Position numbers and translations under genes: made by a program. A stretch of 63,811 nucleotides of DNA, the filler included, from Chiloscyllium plagiosum (lineage: Eukaryota), in NCBI RefSeq assembly GCF_004010195.1. It is 3 parts of one record of this genome, joined end to end, with 100 filler letters (N's around TTAATTAATTAA, not from the genome) between each part and the next. Parts side by side here need not be neighbours in the genome. Positions count along the whole stretch, not along the records: positions 1 to 31,762 come from NC_057714.1; 2 more parts are not named here. One strand, given 5' to 3'. Each line of letters starts with the position of its first letter. Position 1 is the stretch's first letter. Shown in pieces: positions 1 through 12,004 of the stretch. The notes under the pieces are model-generated. The model did not search any database and was not told the origin of the DNA. It saw only the letters and a program-made list of their open reading frames with translations.

Positions 1-1355
1 AGTCTTCCGGCACCTCACCTGTGACTGTCGATGATACAAATATCTCAGCAAGAGGCCCAGCAATCACTTCTCTAGCTTCCCACTGAGTTCTCGGGGACAC
101 CTGATCAGGTCCTGGTAAGTTATCCACCTTTAACCATTTCAAGACATCCAGCACTTCCTCCTCTGTAACATTTTGCAAGATGTCACCATCTATTTCCCTA
201 CAGTCTATATCTTCCATATCCTTTTCCACAGTAAATACTGTTGCAAAATATTCATTTAGTATCTCCATTTTCTGTGGCTCCACACAAAAGCCACCTTGTT
301 GATCTTTGAGGGACACTATTCTCTCCCTAGTTACCCTTTTTTCCTTAATATATTTGTTAGAACCCTTTGGATTCTCCTTAATTCTATTTGCCAAAGCTAT
401 CTCATGTCCCCTTTTTCCCCTCCTGATTTCCCTCTTAAGTATACTCCTACTTTCTTTATACTCTTCTAAGGATTCACTCGATCCAGCCTGTCTATACCTG
501 ACATATGCTTCCTTCTTTTTCTTAACCAAACCCTCAATTTCTTTCGTCATTCAGCATTCCCCATACCTACCAGCCTTCCCCTTCACCCTGACAGGAATAT
601 ACTGTCTCTGGATTCTTGTTATCTCATTTCTGAAGGCTTCCCATTTTCCAGCCGTCTCTTTACCTGTGAACATCTGCCTCCAATCAGCTTTCAAAAGTTC
701 TTGCCTAATACTGTCAAAATTGGCCTTTCTCCAATTTAGAACTTCAACTTTTAGATCTGGTCTATCCTTTTCCATCACTATTTTAAAATGAATAGAATTA
801 TGGTCGTTGGCCCCAAAGTGCTCCCCCACTGACACCTCAGTCACCTGCCCTGCCTTATTTCCAAAGAGTAGGTCAAGTTTTGCACCTTCTCTAGTAGGTA
901 CATCCACATACTGAATCAGAAAATTGTCTTGTAATCACTGAAGAAATTCCTCTCCATCTAAACCTTTAACACTATGGCAGTCCCAGTCGATGTTTGGAAA
1001 CTTAAAATCCTCTACTATAACTACCCTATTATTCTTACAGAGAGCTGAGATCTCCATACAAGTTTGTTTCTCAAAATCCCTCTGACTATTGGGGGGGGGG
1101 GGGGCTATAATACAATCCCATCAAAGTGATCTTTTCTTTCTCATTTGTAATTTCTACCCATATATTTTCACTGGACAATGTTTCAGAAAAACCTTCCCTA
1201 GTTACAGCAGTAATATATTCCTTAATCAAAATGAGATTACTAAATAGAATACAGAGTTCCAATTATTAATTTTAAATTTAGACTGAACAAACAGCTACCT
1301 GTAGCATTTGTATCCTGGAACATTCAGCTGCCAGTCCTGCCCATCCCTGAGCCAT
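1..1355 (-). mobile_element. CR1 LINE ORF2 fragment (APE endonuclease to pre-RT region), degraded
   Basis: ORF 551-907: PTREGAKLDLLFGN...DHNSIHF...NWRKANF. Parallels the copy at 20520-22425. Confidence 0.9.
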
Positions 1356-1357
1356 GG

Positions 1358-2022
1358 GTTGTGGCGATTCAGTGGTGGCTAGCATCATGATGGTGCACTT
1401 CACTTACAACGGTCTTATGCAAACCCGCGTTATAGAAAAATCGTGCTTTAGAAACAGCGCTTAAAGTGTTGGCATTATAATCATGATACAGCCAGCACAC
1501 ATTTTAAAAGTTCGCGCTATAGACATAGTGTCCCTAATTTGTCAATTGCGTCACAGTGAATTCATGTTGACCAAACATCTGTTATAATAGAACGACCTGT
1601 ATGTCGATAGCATCTTCAGAGAGGCAGTCACATCATCAGCATCCACAGCAGAAAACCAACTTGTGAGCAGGACTTCAAAGGATTCCTTAATCACTAGCCT
1701 GTTTCTCTGGACTGCCCAGCAGTCACTCAGTCCCTTTCTGCCTCCAGGCCATTGAGGAGCAACGTGATTGCCTCTCTGAAGATGCTATCGACATACAGGT
1801 TGTTCTGTTATAACGCACGTTTGGTCAACATGAATTCACTGTGACGCAATTGACAAATTGGGGACACTATTTCTATAGCGTGAACTTTTAAAGTGTGTGT
1901 TGGCTGTATCATGATTATAATGCCAACACTTTAAGCGCTGTTTTTCTATAACGTGGGTTTGCACAAGATCGCTTTAAGTGAAGTGCACCACCATGATGCA
2001 AGCCACCACTGAATCGCCACAA
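1358..2022. repeat. Inverted duplication (~270 bp arms, ~130 bp spacer) containing a Tigger/pogo-like DNA transposon end
   Basis: 1358-1632 is the reverse complement of ~1763-2022. A TA-CAGGTTGTTCTGTTATAACG terminus lies at ~1793. Confidence 0.8.
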
Positions 2023-3806
2023 CTCAGGTTTCTGCAGTTGGCAGGACGACTTAAACATAGGGTCATCTGAGATACCAGGATGGTTCAATACTTCCCACAT
2101 TTACAGGCTGCAAATTCCACTTGATTGAACTGAGGTGCCAAATCTTAATTTTGTTCCTCTTATATTAACTTTATTCTGCTTTGGATTACTTGTATTACTT
2201 TATTAGCCCTACATTGGCCCTGACTTTCACTATTTCTGATGTTTCTCTGTTAAATCCAAAAATAGTATGTTTTTACAATTTACAGTAATTTAAAGACTGA
2301 TCATAATTGAAAGTTCTTATTAACTAATGAATTTGCTGAGGAAAAAAGTAGGAAACAATTGCACATCCTCGTTGTCATTCACCAAAGTCACCACTCAACA
2401 CATTTCTTGCAATAAAGCTTACTTAAAGCATCTACGTTGCCCTCTGCACCGACTTCCCACATTGAATGATATTCCCAGGTATATTCACTCAGCCTCTGTC
2501 TCCTTCATGCCAAGTATCCCTCACACTTATTGATCTTCACTCCTATTGATCCAAAACATAAATGTCTTTGACAAATGGCATTATTCTTCTTTGAATGAAT
2601 GTTTTGTTTGAAAATTGGGGAATGTGTCAACATATTCAGGGATTCTCAGAATGAAGTATGAAAATCACCACACTGCAGATTTTGAAGAATTTACATATCT
2701 ACATTTCTGGTTCATTTCATTAGATTGAAAATCAAGTCTTTAAAAAGCACAGAAAACAAAAACTGGAATTGTTAGAAGTGAAATGATCACTTTTGGTTTA
2801 TTTCAAATGTTCTATATATATTTACATTTTTGCCTGGTGACATTTGGGTTTGAATCACAAACTAAGCCTTTGACTTTATTAGTTTCTACAGTTAAGGAAT
2901 GGAAAGGCATTCTATGATCATGTGTGCTACCAGTGAATCAGCCATGCTTGAAAAGAGTATGCTTTGGACATAGAACTTTAGTCCTGAATTTCTGACCCGA
3001 ACTTCCAGTGAACAGAGTACCTGCTGGGAGCACAGAATTTTCATCTATGGTAAGCACACAACATTAACCTTAATAATTATTTGTAAATGAGCTAATACAT
3101 ACCAATTCAATGTAGAACTACATTATACAAATAATCCAACTCACAAATAATAAAGACCAAAATAAATTTGCTAAGTGTTCTGACTGTTTGTAGCCTTGGA
3201 AAGATAGTTGAAATTGATCATTAATACACTGGGAAACAGTATTTTTATTTGCAAATAAATGCTCATAGTTTCTCTGATGGTAACGTCCCCTTCATTTTCT
3301 TTGAAAGAAAAACTGTTTTATAGATTCAGTATAGCTTGGTTCACTAATTCCCTTCCACTGAATTAATTGTTGCTGTGATTTTTCAATTTCATCTTTTCAT
3401 TCAAAGAACTGGAACATTCTACCAATACTCATTTTACTTTACAGCTACACTAAGTTTCCATCCCTTGAAGGCTACTTGAAACCAGTAGGTGAACTCAGAC
3501 AATTTGATCCATTGCTCACTGATCATGAGATTACTAAATAGAATACAGAGTTCCAATTATTAATTTTAAATTTAGACTGAACAAACAGCTTTCAACAATC
3601 TATCCCCAAACCCACAAAAGCACCTCAACCATCCAAGGCAAAATCATTTAACTAAAATGCTATTCTGGGTTTGGAGTCACAAATAAGTTCAGCATTACAT
3701 CAACAGAGTGATATTAGAAAACAAATTCACCAAGTGACTGGAAAAAAAATTGATGGAGAATATTTCATGCCATCACAGTTATGAAGTGATTGTAACACAG
3801 ACCTAC

Positions 3807-3903
3807 CTGGTAATCCTGATCATCAATTGCAAACCTCTCTCTCAAATTTCGGAACACCATAGGGCAGTACTCCTTAAATTTAAAGTGACTTGGCATATTC
3901 TCC
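3807..3903 (-). CDS. PIP4K2A: PIP4K2A (phosphatidylinositol-5-phosphate 4-kinase type 2 alpha) coding exon 3, 97 bp
   Basis: Minus strand reads tttatttaccag|G GAG AAT ATG...GAT TAC CAG|gtaggt and translates (K)[32 protein letters not shown], matching PIP4K2A as recalled. Its phase completes the AA left by exon 2. Confidence 0.96.
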
Positions 3904-4249
3904 CTGGTAAATAAATTAAATCTCTTAGATAACACCTATATAAGTAAGGTCAATCCAACTAATTATGGAGGAAACAAAATAGTCTATTACCACAATAAAA
4001 AGAAACAGATGTTTTTGGTTTAAAAAAAGCTTTTGACACTATACACAGAAGTCAAGATAAAGTGCAGGTATACCAGGGTAAAATAAAACAGGGCAGGAGA
4101 GGGATACTAAGGTTAATTCTGTCTATGTTGTATACATAGTCTGAACTTTCAGTATAATGCTTTATTATTCATAGACTTTAAGCATTAAAATGATGGTAAC
4201 TTGAAAATTTTCAGTTGAACAAAAGCCAAATGAATTTGCAATGCGTTGA

Positions 4250-5350
4250 TCACACACCTGACAACTCTGATTGAAGTTTTTGAAAAGGAATCTCAAGTAG
4301 TGGATCTCAAGTAATGTCTGTTCTTATGAATATGGACTGCAGGAAGTATTTGATACATTCTCTCATAAAAGACTGTTAGCCAAAATTGAAGCACATGAAA
4401 TTATTTGTACATTGTTGATCTGTTTAGGAAATTGGGCAAGTGACAGTCAGCAGAGAATAGGAATAAAGGACAATGACTCTAATTGGCAGAATGTGAATAG
4501 TGAAGTCCCTCAAGGCACTACGTTTGGGCCTCTACTGTTCATTGTCTTGATTAATGGGGGATACAGAGCCTCATTCCCAAATTTGCAAATACCATGAAGA
4601 TGGATGGCAAGGTAGCCACTGTAGTTGAAAATGGAATGTTAAATCTGTCATTTTCTTTTGACAATGAATGGGCAAAAATATAGCAAATGGATTTTAATGT
4701 AGGCAAATGAGTTTATCCATTTTCAATCTAAAATGGATCGCAAGTGGTACTTTTTGAATGGTAAAAAGCTAGAAACTAGTATAAGCCCAGAGAGTAAGGG
4801 TCCAGGTATTTAGATGATTAAATAAACACGTCCGGACAATAATAAATAAGCCAATTGAATAGTCGTTATAGGGAGAGGATTAAAATAGAATGAAGTCTTG
4901 CTTCAGTTATACAGAGCTCTATTTGACCATACGTGTGCATCCCACATTAGAAAAGATGTATGGGCTTTACACTAAGTACAATGTAGATATGCTAGAATGA
5001 TAGCTTGACTTCAAGGTTTAAATTAATACAGAATACACAAAGGAGGTTTGAATTCCTTGAATTTGGAAGGCTATGGGATGATTTGATTAAAGCTTCCAAA
5101 TATTAAACAGATAGGATATATAAAACTATTTCCACATATCCAAGTCAAGGACGATTGGATATTGTATTAAATTAGAGCCCGACATCTCAGGAATCAAGTG
5201 AGGAAACAGTTCAAGACATGGTACAAGTTTGAACACACTTTCACAAAACATAAATGATAACAAACCAATTTGAAATCTGACATTGGGACATTTTTGGCTT
5301 TTTTGTTTAAAAGGTAAATGGGCAAAGATGGGTATTTGGGTTAATATAAA
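4250..5350 (+). mobile_element. Old, highly diverged CR1 RT/3' fragment
   Basis: ORF 4412-4597: VNSEVPQGTTFGPLLFIVLIN (SGVPQGSVLGPLLF motif). Confidence 0.8.
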
Positions 5351-6499
5351 TTTGGTTAAAACTCAAGTGCCTGTTAATCTTGAAAGAAGTGTTATAGTTA
5401 TGCTCAACTTCTTTCTGTCATGATTGGTTTTGGGAACATCAGTTAAGCTGTTATGACATCCTGTGTGTTAGCATATTATTCATTGCTACAGAAAGTAAGG
5501 AGATACAGATAGTTCTCCTATAATGCGCTTTTATTAAACGTGATTTGTCTGTAACTCCATTTGTGAATTGCCAACCTTTTTTTTTAATAAAGCGAACTCC
5601 TGTTCACTGTTACTCGATTCTCATCCATGGTACTAGGTATCGGGGTGCACGGAGGACTGGACTACGTGTTGGCATCACATAATCAGTCGACTTGTGCACT
5701 TTCTTGCGAAGAGCTTTGTGAAAGGTATTGTGAAATGTTTGTGCTAGTGGACTTGGAAAAGCATCATGAAAGTGTCTCTACAGCCTGAGGACAAGAAGCT
5801 GGGAGCAATCTGTTCATTTTAAACCTTAGAGCATTAAGATAAGAATACCTTTTCACTCAAATTGACAAACAGTAAAAGGACAGTGTTGAGGAGCAGTTTG
5901 AAACTTGACTTTGTTGTTTCTATTGAGTTTTTTGTTTAAAAATATGTTTAGATGTTAAAGAATATCTGCAAACTCATGAATCTGTTTCAGTCACTAATCA
6001 CTATGATAAACAACTGCAAAACAAAAACCAGTACAGGTGCTTGGACATGATCAGTCAGCTGCTCGGGTGGTCCAAGTCAGGAAACTTTGCACATAGTAGG
6101 TGAGGGAGAGAAAGATGGGTGGTGCACTGTTACTTTTGATGCATGTGTGGAGATGTCCTGAAGGGGTGAGATTCAGGGTTAGTCAGGGTCAGATGTTAGA
6201 CAGGATAAGAGTGATTAGGGAAGATGTTGTAGGAAATGGTGGACACAGTAACAGAGATAGAGTGAGTTGAGTATCAACGAGAAGGCGGGGGCATTTTCAC
6301 TGGCAGAGTGGAGAATGTCATTGATCTTCTTCCTATATTCTGTTCATTCCTTCAGATGATTGAGACTGCACTGGCTCGAATAGTAATCCCGATCCATGTT
6401 GGCATGGTTCCAGTAAAATGCATCCTTTGTTGGCATGGGAGAAAAACATGGTCTGCCTCTGCATCACCCCATCAGCAACATCTCTATGCCCCTACCCAC

Positions 6500-6598
6500 A
6501 AGAGAGGCCTGCTCCTCAGATGCTGCCTGACCAGTTGTCCTTTTCCAGGGTCAGACTTTTCAACTCTGATCTCCAGCATCTGCAATCCTCACTTTCTT
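6500..6598. mobile_element. Fold-back family A, single partial arm
   Basis: cctgctcctcagatgctgcctgacc...ctctgatctccagcatctgcaatcctcactttc, shared with the copy at 17904-18120. Confidence 0.75.
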
Positions 6599-6809
6599 CA
6601 CATAGTGAGGCACAGATTTTCCACTGTCTGCCATGTCTAGGGCCAATGTCAAGAACCACACATGGTAGCTCGGATTTACAGCTGCTGTCTGGGCGCACAA
6701 TATCTTTTTAAAGATAATGCTGCACCATGGATATTGGTCAATACTGGGATATGCAGGAAGTGGTGAGTTGTTTTGGGAGTTCATGGTGTGTAAGGTGTTC
6801 TAGCTAGGT

Positions 6810-7905
6810 AGCTAGGCAGATAAAGAACTGGTTGAACTCCAGCAGACAGAGAGTAGTAGTTGAAGGAATTCCTTAAAATGGAGAAAGGTGACCAGTGGTG
6901 TTCTACAGGGATCAGTGTTGGGGCCACTGTGGTTTGTGATATACATAAATGATCTGGAAGAGGGCAGTGTTGGTATGATCAGCAAGTTTGTAGATGACAC
7001 GAAGATTGGTGGAGTAGCAGAAAGCATAGAGGACTGTCAAAGAATACTGGAGAATATAGATAGACTGGAGAGTTGGGCGGAGAAGTAGCAGACGGAGTTC
7101 AATCCAGGCAAATGTGAGGTGATGCATTTTGGGAAGTCTAATTCTAGAGCGAATTATACAGTAAACGGAAGAGCCTTGGGAAAAGTTGATGAGCAGAGAG
7201 ATCTGGGAGTTCAGATCCACTGTACCCTGAAGGTTGCTGCACAGGTGGATAGAGTGGTCAAGAAGGCATATGGTATGCTTGCCTTCATCAGACGGGGTAT
7301 TCAGTATAAGAGCTGGCGGGTCATGTTAAAATTGTACACGACATTGGTTTGGCCACATTTAGAATATGGTGTACCGTTCTGGTCACCACATTACCAAAAG
7401 GATGTGGATGCTTTGGAGAGGGTGCAGAGAAGTTTTACGAGGATGTTGCCTGGTATGGAAGGTGCTAGCTATGAAGAGAAGTTGAGTAGGTTAGGTTTGT
7501 TTTCATTAGAAAAAAGGCGATTGAGGGGGGACCTGATTGATGTCTTAAAAATCAGAAAGAGTATAGACAGGATAGATAGAGATAAGCTTTTTCCCAGGGT
7601 GAAGGATTCAATAACGAAAGGTCACGCTTTCAAGGTGAGAGGTGGAAAGTTTAAGGGGGATACACCCGGCAAGTACTTTACACAGAGGGTGGTGGGTGCC
7701 TGGAACGCGTTGCCAGCAGAGGTAGTAGAGGCAGGCACAGTAGATTCATTTAAGATGCGTCTGGACAGATGCATGAGTAGATGGGGAGCAGAGTAATACA
7801 GATGCTTAGGAATTGGGCGACAGGTTTAGACAGTGGATTTGGATCGGCTCAGGTTTGGAGGGCTGAAGGGCCTGTTCCTGGGCTGTAAATTTTCTTTGTT
7901 CTTTT
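6810..7905 (+). mobile_element. CR1 LINE 3' part (RT and C-terminus)
   Basis: SGVLQGSVLGP, KFVDDTK, ORF 7119-7796 ending YFTQRVVGAWNALP; CR1 3' UTR present. Confidence 0.95.
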
Positions 7906-7989
7906 GGAAATAGCACATAATATGATGGTGCCAGAATGTGTGAAAGGGGCATCGGGGGGCACGGGGGGGAGGGGTAATAAATCAGGCAG

Positions 7990-8106
7990 GCAAAAGTGAC
8001 ATCTGCAGAAGCTGGAGATTAGAGTTGACAGTGTGGTGGTGGAAAAGCACAGCAGGTCAGGCAGCATCCAAGCAGCAGGAGAGGTGACGTTTCAGGCAAA
8101 AGCCCT
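7990..8106. mobile_element. Fold-back family A, single arm
   Basis: ctgcagaagctggagattagag...ggaaaagcacagcaggtcaggcagcatcc...gacgtttcaggc. Confidence 0.75.
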
Positions 8107-9359
8107 AAATCAGGCAGGCTGTATAAAATAAGGTAATAAATGTTCCCCCATCATCATGATGTAAAACCCTCCGATAAACTTGATAAAACTGATATTTAGT
8201 GAAAGAAATTAAGTTTCAGTCCTTGATCTATCAGCGCAGGTTTCATTCTGGGATCTGACTTGTGCAGTGTTACTATTGGATGAGATCAGAAGATTGGCTA
8301 GAATGTAGTGCAGCCAGCAGGTATAGGTGCCAATCGAGAGTAATCAGTTGAAGATTCTGATGAATTACATTATATAGGCCCATAAAATAGGTCAGTTACA
8401 ACAGGCCAAAATTTACTTAGCCTATCATTTGTGTTAGGCTAACTACTGTTTTTGCTTTGAATTTTACTGGTATTTTTGATGGTTCTCCCCAACCCTGCTT
8501 TTCCATTGGTCCCACTGTTTCTATTGTATGGCATTGTGTGGGATTGCGACTACAGTGTTATAGCAGAATACCTGTAAGGGAAACTGAAGGAGAGACAGGA
8601 TAGTTGAGTCACCATGAAAACTAGCAGACCTAAGGATAACAGAGCCTACATGAAGTTGAAAATTATAAAAGAGCATGTTGCAAATTCTTAAAATGAGAAT
8701 TTCTTTGGATAACTGAGAATTTCTCCCTTGCATGTGCTAGAATAAAATCTTTGCTTCCTTGACTCTTTTAGACTCCAGAGTGAGGTTAGGTTGCAGATCA
8801 GTCATAGTCTCACTGAATGATAGAACAGGCTCTAAAGGGTAAAATGGCTTAATGCTTTTCCTATTTTAAACAGTTTGAGAGCAAGTTGGTAGTTAGAAAA
8901 GTACTGTAGATTTCTTGGAGCATAGGCATTTTTCTATAGCACTGGATAAGAAACCTGGTAATGCTACAGTATCATCCTGGTAGGAGGATGCAATTAGAGA
9001 AAGGCAAGTTTACAAAGGCATCTCCAGTATAAAATTACATGTATGAAGTTTGTAATGGAAAAATTGACTGAAATTTTACAGAGTTGAAAGCTTTTAAATA
9101 TACTGTAGATGCACATTTGATGGATTGCTTGACGCAGTGAATTAATAATGCCCAAACCTCCGACTTTGGAACTTGAAAATATTCACACTGAATGAACTCG
9201 TTTGAAGGTAAAAATGTGTGTCTGTTTTGAAAGTACAATCAAGTTGAAGGCATATCTGTGACAGAAGTTCTTGATGTTGAGTTCTTTTAATTTTCTCATT
9301 TCAACATATCAATGGTATTTTCTCCCAGTTTACCTCTTGTCCCACACTTGTTAGTTTCA

Positions 9360-9563
9360 AAGTTAAAAATCACACAACACCAGGTTATAGTCCAACAGGT
9401 TTATTTGGAAGCACTAGCTTTTGGAGCACCGCTCCTGCTACCTGATGAAGGAGCAACTCTACGAAAGCTACTGCTTCCAAATAAACCTATTGGACTATAA
9501 CCTAGTGTTGCGTGGCTTTTAACTTTGTCCACCCCAGTCCAAAACTGGCATCTCCACATCATG
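9360..9563. mobile_element. Fold-back family B element with hammerhead-like core
   Basis: Arms ~9361-9435 and ~9446-9523. CTGATGA at 9442, GAAAGCTA at 9463. Imperfect TSD gttagtttca/gttaatttca. Confidence 0.75.
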
Positions 9564-10469
9564 GTTAATTTCATGCTAGTCTTCCATTCTCTATCAGCTC
9601 TAAGTTTCAGCTCCTTCAAATATTTGCTACCTGTGTCAGACCCTGCAACTATCTCTTCATTACCTGTGATCTCTCTAAACTTCATAAAGCATTGGAGGAC
9701 CACATGCCTACATTTAAAAAATACCATTTAGTAAATGAGAATCTCATCTCACACACCCTCCCAAACCCCCTTATAACATTGTAGCTGTGCAGAAAATCTA
9801 GTCCTCTGCCTGTGATAAATATCTTTCATAGTCTTAGCTTTTGAGGGGTGAAGCTGATTTCAAATTAGCAAGAGATAAGAATACTGTTCAGAAGAAACTA
9901 TCAGTAGCTGCTTATCTTGCATAACAAACAACTTGGAGCTATCTAATGGGTGAAGCTTTCTCCCACCAAGGTAATGTAACTGATCATTTGGGAGACAAAA
10001 GTCAAAAGGAAACTTTTGTGGAGTGCGATGTATGAATGCAAGTTTTTTTTCTTGAAGTTGAGTGACTTGAACCATTGGGATTTGAATTGAATTTATTGTC
10101 ATGTGTACCAAGGCACAGTGAAAAGCTTTGGTTTATGATCTTGTCTCTGACAATGGTACATTCCCTCTACTAAATACAAAATCAAAATAAAATTAGAAAA
10201 AAAAAAGGCATGAGTGAATCTGGGAATTAGGAAATTACATCTTTTGCAGGCACCAAGAACTGCAAAAGTACAGCATATCAAATGGGAATTCACAAGTAAA
10301 AACAGTCAAAATTGCAGTCTATGATTATCCCATAAATCATATGATTTGTTAAAAAATACAAGCGAATGGAATGCTTTTCTCTAAGTAAGGTTCTGAATCA
10401 TTCATTACCATAATAGATATTTACATCCCTGATTACAAGTTTATGATTTCAGTAGCTCATGAGAATTTT

Positions 10470-11445
10470 TAAACAATTCATTCATGGGACACGGGCATTG
10501 CTGGCTGGCCAGCATTTATTGCCCATCCCTAGTTGTCCTTGAGAAGGTGATGGTTAGCTGCCTTCTTGAACTGCTGTAGTCCATGTGCTGTGGGTTGACA
10601 ACAATCCCTTTAGGGAAGGAAATCCATGATTTGGACCCAGCGACACTGAAGGAATTAGTATATATTTCTAAGGTAGCATGGTGACTAGATTGAAGGGGAA
10701 CTTGCAGGTGATGTTCAGATGGTCTTCTAGCTGGAAGTAATCATGGGTTTGGAAGGTGCTATTTTAAAGACCTGTAGTGAATTTCTGCAGTGTATCTTGT
10801 AGATAGTACATAATGCTGAGTGTTGGTGGAGGAGGCAGTGATGTTTGTGGATGTGGAGGTGGTGCCAATCAAGCAGGCTGCTTTGTCTTGGATGGTGTTA
10901 AGCTTCTCGAGTATTGTTGGTGGTGCACCCAACTATGCAAGTGGTGAGTATTCCATTACATTCCTGACTTGTGCTTTGTAGGTGATGGACAGGCTTTGGG
11001 GAGTCAGGAAATTAGTTATTTGCCACGATATTCCTAGCCTCTGACCTATTCTTATAGCCACTGTGTTCATATGGTGAGTCCAATTGAGCCTTTGGTCAAC
11101 AGTAACCCTGTTGTAGAGGTAGATTCGGTGATTGTAACACCAAGAATGTCAAGGGGTAGTGGTTAGATTGTTTCTTATTGGAGATGGTCATTGCCTGATA
11201 TTTGTGTGATGCGAATCCTACTTGCCACTTGTTAGCGCAAGCCTGGATATTGCCCAGATCTTGTTGCATTTAAAGATAGACTACTTCAGTATTGGAGGAA
11301 TCGTAAATGGGATTGAACATTGTGCAATTATTAGTGAACATCCCCATTTCCGATCATATGATGGAGGGAAGGTCATTGATGAATATGGTTGGGCCTAGGA
11401 CACTACCCTGAAGAACACCTGGAGAGATGCCCTGCAGCTGAGATT
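10470..11445 (-). mobile_element. Second-lineage CR1/L2-group LINE 3' fragment
   Basis: Reverse complement of the family at 52055-52985; shares the catgggacacgggc...cagcatttattgccc end. Confidence 0.8.
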
Positions 11446-11653
11446 ACTGATCTCCAAAATCAGTGCAGTGTAAAGATGGAGGCACTTCCTCCTCTGACAG
11501 AAAATTGCCACATTATTTTGTACATGGGAGCACTGCTAAGCAAAGGCTGTAAGCAAAAATCTAAGGCAAATCACAGCATTTTTCAGTGCATTGATATAAT
11601 TATTCTTCAACTTAATTAAAAGTTATTTAAAGAATGCAAGACAGTAAACTTAC

Positions 11654-11751
11654 TTATTGAACAGGTGGTTATCTACTTTTATCTTGCTGTAGGCTTTGAA
11701 GTCATCTGGCATCAACATAACTGGAATTTGGACATGACTTAACTCATTGAT
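11654..11751 (-). CDS. PIP4K2A: PIP4K2A coding exon 2, 98 bp
   Basis: Minus strand reads ttctcattttgttttgcag|ATC AAT GAG...TTC AAT AA|gtaagt and translates [32 protein letters not shown](K). SHVQIP distinguishes alpha from beta (SNVPVP). Confidence 0.97.
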
Positions 11752-12004
11752 CTGCAAAACAAAATGAGAATTTGTTGTAGAAATATACCAATGATCTTAT
11801 GATTAAGATTTGACCTATTATGTTCAGAGAAATTGTGATTTCTGTTCTGGTGATGTGTTACTGGACCTCTAATCTGCTAATAATATCCAACATTAACACC
11901 TACTTTAGACTTCCCTCTCTTCCCATGAGCATTCTGACTCCTTTCAACTTTTGTTCAGTGTTACCTATGATTATAAATCTCCCTTGCCTTTTAATCTTTC
12001 CAGT

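Noticed and set aside
306..791. Hydrophobic 161 aa ORF and similar ORFs antisense to CR1
   Set aside because: These are antisense readings of purine-rich CR1 ORF2.
2423..2542. Possible minus-strand exon bounded by AG and GTAAG
   Set aside because: All three frames contain stops and there is no similarity to PIP4K2A exon 4.
3445..3541. Plus-strand polypyrimidine-AG followed by a short open frame (YTKFPSLEG...)
   Set aside because: Antisense to the host gene, unrecognised peptide, no supporting partner exons.
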